Shown: piece by piece, positions 54,663 through 64,000 of the stretch | Position numbering within the stretch: the stretch's first letter is position 1 | Layout: the number at the start of each line of letters is the position of its first letter | Origin: an archaeon | GTDB taxonomy: Archaea > Asgardarchaeota > Thorarchaeia > Thorarchaeales > Thorarchaeaceae | Assembly (NCBI GenBank): GCA_024276825.1 | Contig: JAJRWI010000044.1 | Span: 25,823-89,822 of the forward strand | Length of the DNA: 64,000 bases | Reading direction: 5' to 3' | Notes under the pieces: generated by a model | The model's input: the letters and a program-made list of their open reading frames with translations, nothing else | The model's database searches: none | Told to the model about the DNA's origin: nothing | Translations under genes and position numbers: made by a program

Positions 54663-56675
54663 TCAATTTGAAACAATTTTACAACCACCAGTTGGCAAGA
54701 CCCTCATGAAATCGTCTTGAGGGATTGATGCAAGATGATGTTGAAGGTCTTCGGGTAATGCCTGTTTAAGGTGCAATATCAGCTCTCTCACAAATTGCCC
54801 CTTCTTGACTTCACCTGGCTCAACGAGCACATAATACTGCGATAGCACCCCAATGGCTGAAGGTGGTCCAGAAACTGGAACCGCTTCATCCCCCTCAATC
54901 ATCAGTCCAACTGCAAGCTCGACTGGAACTTTTTTGATGTAGTTCTTCGACCCATAGATCATGACTGCTCCAGATGGTAAATACTCTCCCGATGGCGGTG
55001 TAAAGCTCACTTGTTCTGGGTTCACCCAGTATGCATCCCCATTTGAGAGTCCGTCCTGCCACGCACGTGAAAATGTCACCGCGAATTGAGCTGCTTCAAA
55101 TAATGTCTGTTCACCTGGTGGTTCATTGGGGACCTTGATTATCACATATGGCGCCCCGTGGAGTGAGGCATGTAAGAACACATCATTAGGTTCTAGGTGT
55201 TTCTTTGCCAATAACTCATTGGTCTTTGCATCTCTTCCTCCAAGAACAAGGAACCCCTCCGATGATATGAACCATCTGAACTTTTCATACCATCTCTTTT
55301 TCCTTATACGGACAGCACGCCTCTCTTGTATTGCTTCGATGGCAACTGATTCCAGCTTCTCCAACTTCTCCTTGGTTTTCTCTATCTGTTTCTGTGCCCC
55401 CATCATTTTGGAACGGGCCCGTTTTGCCTCTTGATACGCACGGGAGGCGTTAACCTGAGCACTAAGTCTAATGTCTAGGACAACATCAACATCATCGAGT
55501 CTTATCACAATCTGGCCTTGGGATGGCATAATTCTCTCAATCAATAATGCTGTCTTGTTGCCCTTCTCTTTGCCCTCTTTGATTTTCTTGAGAATGTCCG
55601 ACCACGATAGCCCATTTGTTCGAGCCTGACGTATAGTGTCAAGTACATCTTGAACCACCTGAAAGTGCATGTATATGAGTTCACCTGCCCTCTGTAGGCG
55701 TTCTGCCTTCTCGCCGAGTCTGACTATACTCTCTTGTTGTTTATCTACTATTCGCTGGAGCCTTTCTCGTTCTCTGCTAACAGCATCTTGACGACTCGAC
55801 ACTTCCTTCTCGGCTTCGGTGACCCCAAAGAACTCATCAATTGCATTACTAAAGGTCTGAAACTCTCTAATCTGCAAGTCTGAATACATCACAAATGGAA
55901 ATGGCAAGAATGCAATTGGACCGGGTTCCTCCTCTTCGGTATCTTCAAAGACCAAGTTGGGTCTATTTGTTCCTTGGTTCACCTTTTCAATGAATTGTTC
56001 AAGGCCCATAGTAAGATCTTTCAGTTCATTCTCGGTCAGCTCATTGGCCTTGTTAGTATTGGGAATACCCGCAAGTGCACAGATCTCTTGGCAGCTCAAT
56101 GCATCCAAATTCAGATTACTTGCCAATGTTCGAACTATATTGGCCTTTGACTCCATTATAATATTCTTTAGCTGTTCTTTACTCAAGCTGAAGACATCAA
56201 CACCTCTCTGTGGGGGAAAGATATACTGTGAGCGTGGAATGACATCACGGTCTCTCATTCTCTTGTATTGCATTGCAATGAAAATTTTGTCTTCCGGATC
56301 AAGCAGTAATAGGTTTCCATTACCAAATAGCTCTACTACCAATTTATACTGGCTGTCTTCCTCACCAATCTCTATTATGATGATCCTGTCTAGGTCATGC
56401 TGCCGAATAGCAACAACTCTCTTGTCCCTGAGATATTTCCTTAATGCCATGCAGAACTTCGGGGGGACTTTTGGCGATGATCTTCTGAACTCTGTGAGAT
56501 GAACTCGTACGCCTGGCTGTAATAGCAGTTGAAAGGTACCGCTTGCTGGCTTATACAGCTTCAGGACAAATATGTCACCATACTGGTATATGTTCTTGAT
56601 ATATGATCCATCTGCAGCTGATTTTATCTCGGGCAAAATCAATCTGATGTCTATGTTGCTCATTGTGTTCTTCAT
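54663..56675 (-). CDS. rqcH: Ribosome rescue/quality-control factor Rqc2/NEMF (NFACT)
   Basis: FCM.LRK.L, Q.D.DRI, VELFG.GN, WYEKFRWF.SSEG.LV.GGRDA..NE, SGEYL..GA.MI.G. Confidence 0.95.
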   Translation of the reverse strand: MKNTMSNIDIRLILPEIKSAADGSYIKNIYQYGDIFVLKLYKPASGTFQLLLQPGVRVHLTEFRRSSPKVPPKFCMALRKYLRDKRVVAIRQHDLDRIIIIEIGEEDSQYKLVVELFGNGNLLLLDPEDKIFIAMQYKRMRDRDVIPRSQYIFPPQRGVDVFSLSKEQLKNIIMESKANIVRTLASNLNLDALSCQEICALAGIPNTNKANELTENELKDLTMGLEQFIEKVNQGTNRPNLVFEDTEEEEPGPIAFLPFPFVMYSDLQIREFQTFSNAIDEFFGVTEAEKEVSSRQDAVSRERERLQRIVDKQQESIVRLGEKAERLQRAGELIYMHFQVVQDVLDTIRQARTNGLSWSDILKKIKEGKEKGNKTALLIERIMPSQGQIVIRLDDVDVVLDIRLSAQVNASRAYQEAKRARSKMMGAQKQIEKTKEKLEKLESVAIEAIQERRAVRIRKKRWYEKFRWFISSEGFLVLGGRDAKTNELLAKKHLEPNDVFLHASLHGAPYVIIKVPNEPPGEQTLFEAAQFAVTFSRAWQDGLSNGDAYWVNPEQVSFTPPSGEYLPSGAVMIYGSKNYIKKVPVELAVGLMIEGDEAVPVSGPPSAIGVLSQYYVLVEPGEVKKGQFVRELILHLKQALPEDLQHHLASIPQDDFMRVLPTGGCKIVSN

Positions 56676-56746
56676 ACTAATATAACAAACTGACCGACTA
56701 TTTTATAACATAGTCGATTTACGATGCTAATACAGGTGGAAGAATA

Positions 56747-57085
56747 ATGAGTATCTTCAAGCCCCTATTTAGAAGATGGGATGATAATCCAACTGATCAA
56801 AATTACTACGTAAAGATATTCTTCGCAATTATATCAGCAATCATCTGCGGTCTGTTAGGACCAGTATTCGCTGGCCTGAGGGGCATCATGTTTGGACTTC
56901 TAATGTATGTTGTTTCACTCTTTGTGATTGTCTACGACCTTGGCATTGATCCAGAGCAGATTGGTGGCCGCATGAAACTAGTCACTAACTCCCTTCCATC
57001 TTATCTGTTATTATGGGTCTTGCTCTGGACAGTCCTATATGCGTTCACATTGCCACCCGAAGTCATTGCAAGTTTGTTCCAATGA
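56747..57085 (+). CDS. EMC6/Rab5ip-like membrane protein
   Basis: Three TM helices; ISAIICGLLG..GL.G and SYLLLWVLLWTVLY resemble EMC6 (GATAGILG.TGL.G; YVLFWTFLY). Confidence 0.68.
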   Translation: MSIFKPLFRRWDDNPTDQNYYVKIFFAIISAIICGLLGPVFAGLRGIMFGLLMYVVSLFVIVYDLGIDPEQIGGRMKLVTNSLPSYLLLWVLLWTVLYAFTLPPEVIASLFQ

Positions 57086-57575
57086 TTGAAAATGCCAGTC
57101 CAAAGAGTTGGATGGCCATATAGACACACAGCAGGACTGGTATCAATGCAATTGTTTTGTCCTGTTTCTGATTGCCTGCTCTATGCCTACTTACCATGGC
57201 CCCTCCCAGCAATGTCAGTAGTATCTCGAACCCACTGACTATTATGCCCTCCAATAACTGGTTGCCCAGTGAAAACAGTTCAAATCCGGGGCTAGTAATG
57301 GATATCATGATGAATGCCTTATAATCTGCACCTCCGATCGCTCCTATTCTGAAAAGAACCAGGGACACACCCATCATAAAAACAAGAGAAACAATATGCA
57401 GTTCGATGTTCACCATTATATGCCCAGTAATTGATGCAACCAAAAACCCAATTATCAGGCCTGCCAATGTGAGTCGATTTGGTACTCTCCTTGTCTTTAT
57501 ATCATATACTGAGTATAATGCAAGTAGAGTCAGCACAGTGACTATTGAAACCAATGATGCAACAAGCATCTCCAT
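57063..57575 (-). CDS. Prepilin/preflagellin peptidase (A24 family), short form
   Basis: SVYDIKTRRVPN and GGADYK carry both catalytic Asp residues; multi-TM. Confidence 0.85.
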   Translation of the reverse strand: MEMLVASLVSIVTVLTLLALYSVYDIKTRRVPNRLTLAGLIIGFLVASITGHIMVNIELHIVSLVFMMGVSLVLFRIGAIGGADYKAFIMISITSPGFELFSLGNQLLEGIIVSGFEILLTLLGGAMVSRHRAGNQKQDKTIALIPVLLCVYMAIQLFGLAFSIIGTNLQ

Positions 57576-57730
57576 GACCTGCTCACACTCTACTGATTAG
57601 TTGATTGCATTGTATATTAACCTGCCATACATCAATTGATTCACAGCTCTCATAGCAATATAGATTAGGCACCTGATGTCGAAATTCCCATGAAGGAGAG
57701 TGCATTTCGCGCTCTTAAAGGTAAATCATT

Positions 57731-58633
57731 ATGAGGCTGAGGCCCATGAAGGATCCCTATCAAGTAATGCATGATACAACCGTGCGACTACTGAGAATGG
57801 CAGCAACGGTTCTTCCAAAGGATGTGGAGGAGGCACTCCGTGCTGCCCATGAACGTGAAACCGATGCAACCGCAAAGACGCAATTTGCAGCGATTCTCAA
57901 GAACATCGAGATTGCCAAGACTGGAGTTCCAATGTGCCAAGACACAGGAATCATGATATTTTATCTGAAGGTTGGCGACAAGTTCCCATATATCAGCAAG
58001 ATAAAGAAGGCGCTAACTGAGGCCACTCGCACAGCGACTAGAGAAACCCCATTGCGGCCCAATGCTGTCAACCCAATAGTTGGTGGAAACTCTGGTGATA
58101 ACACTGGCAGGAAGATCCCCTGGTTCAATTGGGAGGTTGTTGAGGGCGATTCCCTTGAGATCACTGCCTTTCCAAAGGGTGGCGGTAGCGAGAATGTGAG
58201 TATTGTTGGAATGTTAAAGCCCGGTGTGGGTCTTGCTGGAGTCAAGAAACTTGTGGTTGACAATGCAATGAGCTACATGGGAAAGGCATGTGCTCCTAAT
58301 ATCATTGGTGTCGGCATTGGTGGTGGTGCTGACATAGCAATCAAGATTGCAAAACAGCAACTCATGAGACCTCTGAATGACAAGCATCCAGAGCCTGAAG
58401 TTGCAAAGATTGAAGAGGAGATCACAGAAGCCATAAATGCCACGGGCATTGGTCCAATGGGACTTGGCGGAAAGACGACTGTGTTGGCTGTGAAGGTTGA
58501 TTATGCCATGCGGCACCCTGCAAGTCTACCTGTGGGCGTTGCTGTACAATGCTGGGCTGCAAGACGGAGTACTGCTATGATATCAAAGGACCTTGAGGTC
58601 GAATATCTTACACATCCATTGGAGGGAAAATAA
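57731..58633 (+). CDS. Class I fumarate hydratase alpha subunit (FumA/TtdA family)
   Basis: PMCQDTG, PLRPN, KGGGSEN, AC.P..GVGIGG, GIGPMGLGG, HPASLPV, CWAAR. Confidence 0.93.
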   Translation: MRLRPMKDPYQVMHDTTVRLLRMAATVLPKDVEEALRAAHERETDATAKTQFAAILKNIEIAKTGVPMCQDTGIMIFYLKVGDKFPYISKIKKALTEATRTATRETPLRPNAVNPIVGGNSGDNTGRKIPWFNWEVVEGDSLEITAFPKGGGSENVSIVGMLKPGVGLAGVKKLVVDNAMSYMGKACAPNIIGVGIGGGADIAIKIAKQQLMRPLNDKHPEPEVAKIEEEITEAINATGIGPMGLGGKTTVLAVKVDYAMRHPASLPVGVAVQCWAARRSTAMISKDLEVEYLTHPLEGK

Positions 58634-59245
58634 TTGGCGGAATATCATCTTACAACCCCAATCAGTGAAGAGGATGCCCGCAGACTGAAAGTGGGCGACA
58701 TTGTTTACGTGACTGGCAAACATGTCTATACTGCCCGTGATGAGGCTCATCATAGATTGCTGGAGATGTTCGAGCGCGGCGAAAAGCCACCAGTTGATCT
58801 CGAGGGCAGCGTTGTATATCATGTTGGCCCTGTGGCATGGCAGAAGAACGGGAAATGGCAGATAGTATCAGCGGGTCCCACGACAAGCATTCGGATGGAG
58901 CTATTTGAGGATGAATTTCTAAGAAAGTACAAGGCACGCATAATCATCGGTAAGGGCGGAATGGGCAAGAAGACACTGGAAGCATTGAAAGAAGTTGGTG
59001 CAATTTATTGCAGCTTCACAGGCGGTTGCGGAGCACTTGCTGCAAGAGGTCTTAAAGAGGTCAGAGCACTGTACTTTGAAGATCTCGGGATGCCCGAAGC
59101 CCTTTGGGTGATCACAGCAGAAGAGTTCGGTCCTCTACTAGTCACTATGGACAGCCATGGAAACAGTCTTCATGATGAGATGGACCGTCTAGTGGCTGAG
59201 AAAAAGTCGGAGGTCTATGCTAAGATTGGCATCACTGATTATTGA
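58634..59245 (+). CDS. Class I fumarate hydratase beta subunit (FumB/TtdB family)
   Basis: TARDEAH, AGPTTS.RM, IGKGGM, DLGMPEA, MDSHGNS. Confidence 0.93.
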   Translation: MAEYHLTTPISEEDARRLKVGDIVYVTGKHVYTARDEAHHRLLEMFERGEKPPVDLEGSVVYHVGPVAWQKNGKWQIVSAGPTTSIRMELFEDEFLRKYKARIIIGKGGMGKKTLEALKEVGAIYCSFTGGCGALAARGLKEVRALYFEDLGMPEALWVITAEEFGPLLVTMDSHGNSLHDEMDRLVAEKKSEVYAKIGITDY

Positions 59246-59275
59246 AGCTTGGCAATCCCTTGTCAATGGCTTAAC

Positions 59276-59310
59276 CCGACAGTCGCTAGGCTGTCGGACG
59301 CCCTCTTTTT
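59276..59310 (+). terminator. Hairpin plus T-tract after the fumarase genes
   Basis: CCGACAGTC-GCTA-GGCTGTCGG stem-loop followed by CTCTTTTT. Confidence 0.6.
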
Positions 59311-59586
59311 ATCCACCTAGACTATGCAATATGGGGATGGACAATCCATACACATACATCAACAGTAGGACGATGAATGTGAGGATGATTATGACATCTC
59401 CTTTCTCCATTTTCAAGACCCCTTAATCTCAAATTGAATCTCTCCATTTTTGTATTAATTTGTTAGTTGGACATACTAGATACCAACAATTTTTGGCGCC
59501 AAATGGAATCATCCTATACGGTAAGTATAATATGTTGTAAAGGGCCGACGAAACCCGTGAAAACACCTCACTATGGAGGATTATAA

Positions 59587-61302
59587 TTGACTCAACCTCC
59601 TCGATATAGGACAATAACTTGTGATGTGCTCGTGATTGGTGCAGGCGGTGCTGGTTGTCGTGCTGCAATCGAGGCTGCTAAGCACAATCTCGATGTAATA
59701 CTTCTCAGCAAGGAGCTTGTGGGCAAGGCCCATACAGCAATGGCTGAAGGGGGCTATAATGTATCTCTCGGGAATGTGGATCCAAATGACAATGTTGAAA
59801 CCCACTTCAAGGACACGATTGTTGGGGGAAACTATCTAAACAATCAGAAACTTGCGGAGATTCTTGTTGAAAATGCTGCTGAACGGATCTACGACCTTGA
59901 AGAGATGGGTGCAGTCTTTGATAGGACCCCCGAAGGCAAGATTGCTCAGAGAACTTTTGGCAAGCAGAGCTGGAGGCGAACAGCCTATGCCTCTGACAGA
60001 ACTGGGTCAGAGATAATGGTCACCCTGGTCGAAGCAATCCGCAAGACCTCGGTACGAGTCTTTGATGAGATGTTTGCAACAAAGATCCTCATTCATGATG
60101 GTAGAATTGCTGGTGTGACGGCAATTGATCTGAAATACGGTGATTATCTGATATTTCGGGCCAAGGCAGTAGTGATGGCCACTGGTGGTGCAGGTAGAAT
60201 ATTCACAGTCACCAGCAATGCCCAACTCGATGTTGGCGATGGTTATGCCATGGCCTACGAGGCCGGTTGTGAACTTATTGACATGGAGATGGTCCAGTTT
60301 CACCCAACTGGAATGGTCCGACCAGAGTCTGCCCGTGGTAGACTGGTCACAGAGGCTGTGCGTGGTGAAGGTGGCATTCTCTTGAACAACAAGGGCGAGC
60401 GCTTCATGCACCGTTATTATCCAGAGGTGATGGAGCTCGCGGGTCGTGACCAAGTAGCAAGATCAATCATGACTGAAGTGCTTGAAGGTAGAGGTTCTCC
60501 TAATGGTGGTGTATATCTCAGCATTGCTCATCTCCCACGGTCAATAATCGAGTTTCGATTAGAGAGCATGATTGAGCAGTTTGAAGATGCTGGTGTTGAC
60601 ATTCGAGAAGAACCAATGGAGGTTTCGCCAACAGCCCATCACTTTATGGGTGGCATTAAGATTGACACAGAAGCCGCCGCAACGATTCCTGGTCTGTTTG
60701 CTGCTGGTGAATGTACTGGTGGAGTACATGGCGGCAACCGTCTTGGTGGGAATGCTCTTGCTGACACCCAGGTCTTTGGTGCTCTTGCTGGTGAGAGTGC
60801 CGCTAAGTTTGCCAAATCTCATGACCTGGCTGGCCTTCCACGCGAGGATGCAATCAATGAGTTTCAACGTCTTGAGGCCATGCTTGAACGTGAGGAGGGA
60901 ATCTCACCCGCTGATGCCCGAAAGGAACTCACCGACTTGATGTGGAGCAAGGTTCAGATCTTCAGAAAGGAGGAAGACCTTCAATATGCTGTGAATGAGC
61001 TAAGGCGGATTGAGCGCGAGGTTGTGCCTCGTATCAAAGTAGATGTACGCGATAAGCGTTTCAATCCAGGATGGCATCAGGCCATCGAGTTTGGTCATAT
61101 GGTGATCACGGCCCGAATGGTTGCTGAGGCAGCGCTGATGCGTAAGGGCAGTCGAGGAGCACATTATCGTGTTGATGGTGATCCCAATGACCTTGGCTAT
61201 TATAACATCGTCATAAAAAAGGGCAAAGATGGCGAGATGGAACTCAGGAAACAAGACCTCGTCATTACCAAGATAGTCCCACCAGGAATGGAGGCGAAAT
61301 GA
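59587..61302 (+). CDS. tfrA: Thiol:fumarate reductase flavoprotein subunit (SdhA/FrdA family)
   Basis: GAGGAG FAD site, AHTAMAEGG, QFHPTG, TEAVRGEGG, HHFMGG, HGGNRLGGNAL; TTG start after GGAGG. Confidence 0.9.
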   Translation: MTQPPRYRTITCDVLVIGAGGAGCRAAIEAAKHNLDVILLSKELVGKAHTAMAEGGYNVSLGNVDPNDNVETHFKDTIVGGNYLNNQKLAEILVENAAERIYDLEEMGAVFDRTPEGKIAQRTFGKQSWRRTAYASDRTGSEIMVTLVEAIRKTSVRVFDEMFATKILIHDGRIAGVTAIDLKYGDYLIFRAKAVVMATGGAGRIFTVTSNAQLDVGDGYAMAYEAGCELIDMEMVQFHPTGMVRPESARGRLVTEAVRGEGGILLNNKGERFMHRYYPEVMELAGRDQVARSIMTEVLEGRGSPNGGVYLSIAHLPRSIIEFRLESMIEQFEDAGVDIREEPMEVSPTAHHFMGGIKIDTEAAATIPGLFAAGECTGGVHGGNRLGGNALADTQVFGALAGESAAKFAKSHDLAGLPREDAINEFQRLEAMLEREEGISPADARKELTDLMWSKVQIFRKEEDLQYAVNELRRIEREVVPRIKVDVRDKRFNPGWHQAIEFGHMVITARMVAEAALMRKGSRGAHYRVDGDPNDLGYYNIVIKKGKDGEMELRKQDLVITKIVPPGMEAK

Positions 61303-62865
61303 ATGACCAAGACAGTAAAGGCCATTGTGCAGAGATATAATCCTGACAAGGATGATGCCCCGTACTTTCAAGAGTTTAATGTTGATTATGAACCGGGAAT
61401 GACAGTGCTTGACGCTTTACTGTTCATTCAAGACCGATTTGATTCAAGTCTTGCTTTTAGATGGGAATGCAGAGGTGGACAGTGTGGATCCTGTGCAGTC
61501 AAGGTGAATGGAACAGCCAGGATTGCCTGTCGTACAAAAGTGGACCCCGATCATCCTCTGCGGCTTGAACCCATGGAAAAAATGCCAATAATCAAGGATC
61601 TTGTTGTTGACATGGCACAGACAGAACACCGTATCAGACGTATTCGACCCTATGTGGCACGTGATAAGCCTGCCCCTAGACCCGAGATAATTCATGCTGA
61701 GGAGATTGAAACCCTTAGAGAGATTCGAAAGTGTATCGAGTGTGGTGCTTGTCTTAGCAATTGTCCAGTTGTTCATGAAACATGGGACTATGCTGGACCA
61801 ATGATAATCAGGCAACTCGCAAGACTTGAACTTGATCCTCGTGATGTTGAGGATCGTGTTGCGATGGCACTTAACGAGGCAGTGTATAGTTGCACAACCT
61901 GCAAGATGTGTGAAGACATCTGCCCCAAGAATATACCCATTCCAGGTCTCGCTGTTGAGCTTTTGAGAGCCAAAGCTGTCGAGGCTGGCTATCAGCTTCG
62001 AGAAGGCCAACAGGTCTTTCTGGACTCGATAAACAAGACTGGACGGTCTGTACCTGAAAAGAGCACACCTCTCCTCAAAGAGATTGAGACCGAAGAGTTT
62101 CTCGTTGAGAACCCACGTGGTCGAGTGGCATTCTTCACAGGCTGTCTCATTGACTACAGAATGCAGAATACTGGCAAGGCTCTCATTGAAGTTCTTAATA
62201 GAAATCATATCGATGTGATAGTTCCCAAGGGACAGTGGTGCTGTGCAAGCCCCGCGTTTAGGACTGGCGATATGCATACTGCAACTGCTGCAGCAGAACG
62301 TGTGACCGAGATCTTTGAGCATGCCATGGAGAAATGGGATCTTGACACAGTTGTTGTTGCATGTGCAGGATGCGGCAAGACTCTCAGAGAGGATCATCGC
62401 CCACTGATTGAGAAGAAACATGGAGAGCCGCCCAAGTTTAAGGTGTACGACCTTGCTGAATACTTGTTGGACATTGTAGGCAAGGAGAACATAGTTCCGC
62501 CCAAGGGTGAGATAAAGATGAAAATCACCTACCACGAACCCTGCCATCTCGGCCGTGGTCAGGGTGTAGTTGATCAGCCCATTGAGCTTCTGAAGATGAT
62601 TCCTGGCGTTGAGTATATTGACGATCCGTACAAGAATCGCTGTTGTGGTGCAGGTGGCGGTGTCCGAGCTGGACTGCGCGATCTCTCAATGAAGATTGCC
62701 AAGACCAAGAAGGAATACATCGAGGCCACTGGGGCTGACATGGTCACCACTGAGTGTCCATTCTGCACAATTCAGATCAGGGATATCCTCAAGGGTACTG
62801 CCATTGAGACCCGCTACATTCCTGATCTCTTGGCGGAGTCATACAGAAAAGGCGACAAGAACTAA
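61303..62865 (+). CDS. tfrB: Thiol:fumarate reductase subunit B (SdhB-like Fe-S plus two HdrD-type CCG domains)
   Basis: CRGGQCGSC [2Fe-2S], CIECGACLSNCP and CTTCKMCEDICP [4Fe-4S], QWCC/CAGC and YHEPCH/CCGAGG/CPFC CCG domains. No membrane anchor gene. Confidence 0.9.
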   Translation: MTKTVKAIVQRYNPDKDDAPYFQEFNVDYEPGMTVLDALLFIQDRFDSSLAFRWECRGGQCGSCAVKVNGTARIACRTKVDPDHPLRLEPMEKMPIIKDLVVDMAQTEHRIRRIRPYVARDKPAPRPEIIHAEEIETLREIRKCIECGACLSNCPVVHETWDYAGPMIIRQLARLELDPRDVEDRVAMALNEAVYSCTTCKMCEDICPKNIPIPGLAVELLRAKAVEAGYQLREGQQVFLDSINKTGRSVPEKSTPLLKEIETEEFLVENPRGRVAFFTGCLIDYRMQNTGKALIEVLNRNHIDVIVPKGQWCCASPAFRTGDMHTATAAAERVTEIFEHAMEKWDLDTVVVACAGCGKTLREDHRPLIEKKHGEPPKFKVYDLAEYLLDIVGKENIVPPKGEIKMKITYHEPCHLGRGQGVVDQPIELLKMIPGVEYIDDPYKNRCCGAGGGVRAGLRDLSMKIAKTKKEYIEATGADMVTTECPFCTIQIRDILKGTAIETRYIPDLLAESYRKGDKN

Positions 62866-62871
62866 TCAACC

Positions 62872-62899
62872 GAGAGGGAAACTCCCTCTCACTATTTTC
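62872..62899 (+). terminator. Hairpin between convergent tfrB and the downstream gene
   Basis: GAGAGGGA-AAC-TCCCTCTC followed by a T-rich run. Confidence 0.6.
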
Positions 62900-62935
62900 T
62901 TCTATCTTATAAACAAATCATCAATCTGAGATTAA

Positions 62936-64000
62936 TTATGACTTGGTGATGTTATCTCTGATCATTCGATGAACCTGCAGAGTAGCAAGTTCCCGTGAAA
63001 TTAGGCCCCTATCAGCTAAGGACCAGACAGCCTGTGTGAATATCATGATGTGATCCATTCTTGGATGCCCGTATAATGATGCTAGAGCATACTGGGCCAC
63101 ACGAATCATGGGCCAGTCATTATCACCTATGCTTGAAATCATGTTCTCAAAGGGGGCTGATTTGAAGTCAGTAATTGCAGACCAGAAATCATCGATATCT
63201 TCTGAAACCCACTTTCTCACATACTTGGAATGTATCAGTTTTATTCTAGCTGGTTGGCTTATCCAGTCAACGCCTGATCTATTCTTTCTCACACTCTTCC
63301 AGTCTTCGCTGGTTGAGTTCAGGTCGCCAATATTCTCCCTCAACTTGGCGAACAACCAGTCCACTGTGTTCTCATCAATGAACCCCTGTTCAGCTGCTTC
63401 TACTATCCTATGTGCGAAGATGGCATTGTGTCCAATCTGCCCATAGTTGACCACTGCAGCTTGAATGACGCCCTTGTATCTCGTCATATCTGTTGGATTA
63501 GCAAGCTGACTGACTTGGTCATCAACGCTGAGCCCCTTCGGTCGTCTTGAGGGGACCTTTCTCACAAGATATTCCAATAGGTGCCATAGGACTGCCTCCT
63601 GCGGTCTTGTGAACTTGGACTCTGGGAGTTCCATCAGTAAAGAACATGGGAGTATGAACGCATGACCATATTTGTCAGGTTTCTCAGCTGCAAGACTTGC
63701 TGTGACCCTGATGAATCTCACAGGATTCTCCTTCTCGGTCAGTTTGAGAGCTGATGCGAGGGCGCCCATCATTCTCCCCTCGCGGATGTAGTGGATATAT
63801 CTGTTCAGTGCATTGTCAAGCGAGTCCTGATGATGTTCAGTGCCATATCTAGGTCCCTTTGCTGGTGCCCAGTGGTCCACCTCTGACAAATAATACACAA
63901 GACGTTCCATCAATGCCATCTGGAAGTTCTCTCGGGTCGCATCCTGAATATTAATGACCGTTCTGTCTGGCTGTTCACTAAGGATATTCAGGTTAGGGCC
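62936..64000 (-). CDS. Hypothetical helical protein with repeated His motifs, 5' end beyond the window
   Basis: The frame stays open from 63919 to the window edge (GPNLNILSEQPDRTVINIQDATRENFQ-M); motifs GHAFIL, GHNAIF, DHIMIF. Confidence 0.7.
   Translation of the reverse strand, partial: GPNLNILSEQPDRTVINIQDATRENFQMALMERLVYYLSEVDHWAPAKGPRYGTEHHQDSLDNALNRYIHYIREGRMMGALASALKLTEKENPVRFIRVTASLAAEKPDKYGHAFILPCSLLMELPESKFTRPQEAVLWHLLEYLVRKVPSRRPKGLSVDDQVSQLANPTDMTRYKGVIQAAVVNYGQIGHNAIFAHRIVEAAEQGFIDENTVDWLFAKLRENIGDLNSTSEDWKSVRKNRSGVDWISQPARIKLIHSKYVRKWVSEDIDDFWSAITDFKSAPFENMISSIGDNDWPMIRVAQYALASLYGHPRMDHIMIFTQAVWSLADRGLISRELATLQVHRMIRDNITKS

Noticed and set aside
57063-57575. Pilus/archaellum locus around the prepilin peptidase
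   Set aside because: No pilin, assembly ATPase or platform gene is adjacent; it is a standalone peptidase.
59246-59586. Possible ncRNA, SECIS, ribozyme or small ORF (59217-59426) between fumarase and tfrA
   Set aside because: Explained by a terminator hairpin plus the tfr promoter/SD; no convincing SECIS or hammerhead core, and no in-frame UGA selenoprotein candidate nearby.
61444-62547. 367-aa antisense ORF
   Set aside because: It lies wholly opposite the well-supported tfrB and has no recognisable motif; a codon-bias shadow.
1-64000. CRISPR arrays, transposases, defence islands
   Set aside because: No regularly spaced repeats and no cas, transposase or defence-family motifs were recognised by eye.

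Overview
A gene-dense, mostly housekeeping archaeal chromosome segment. The lineage is most likely Asgard (Thorarchaeia-like); this is an inference from a eukaryote-like STT3, OSTC/DC2-, EMC6- and PAC4-like genes, PolD and TfrAB. It encodes replication/repair genes (RPA, PolD DP2, RadB, XPD, TopA, MutS5-like), translation and RNA-modification genes (aIF2a, S27e, L44e, Nop10, Trm5, Taw1, RtcA, Nog1, Rqc2, ProRS), folate/C1 metabolism (FolP, MptE, GcvT/H, GlyA), cofactor synthesis (RibK, NadM, NadC), and fumarase plus thiol:fumarate reductase. There are four tRNA genes; tRNA-Lys(CTT) and tRNA-Asn(GTT) each carry two BHB-type introns, one canonical and one in the T-arm. The most novel-looking element is a four-gene co-directional cluster at 27459-31565: a secreted linalool dehydratase/isomerase-like enzyme, an ECF S-component, a phytol/farnesol-type prenol kinase and an isopentenyl-phosphate kinase. 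Together they read as an environmental terpene/prenol scavenging pathway that yields prenyl diphosphates. No CRISPR array, integrase, transposase or intein was seen. All family calls come from motif recognition by eye, with no database search.
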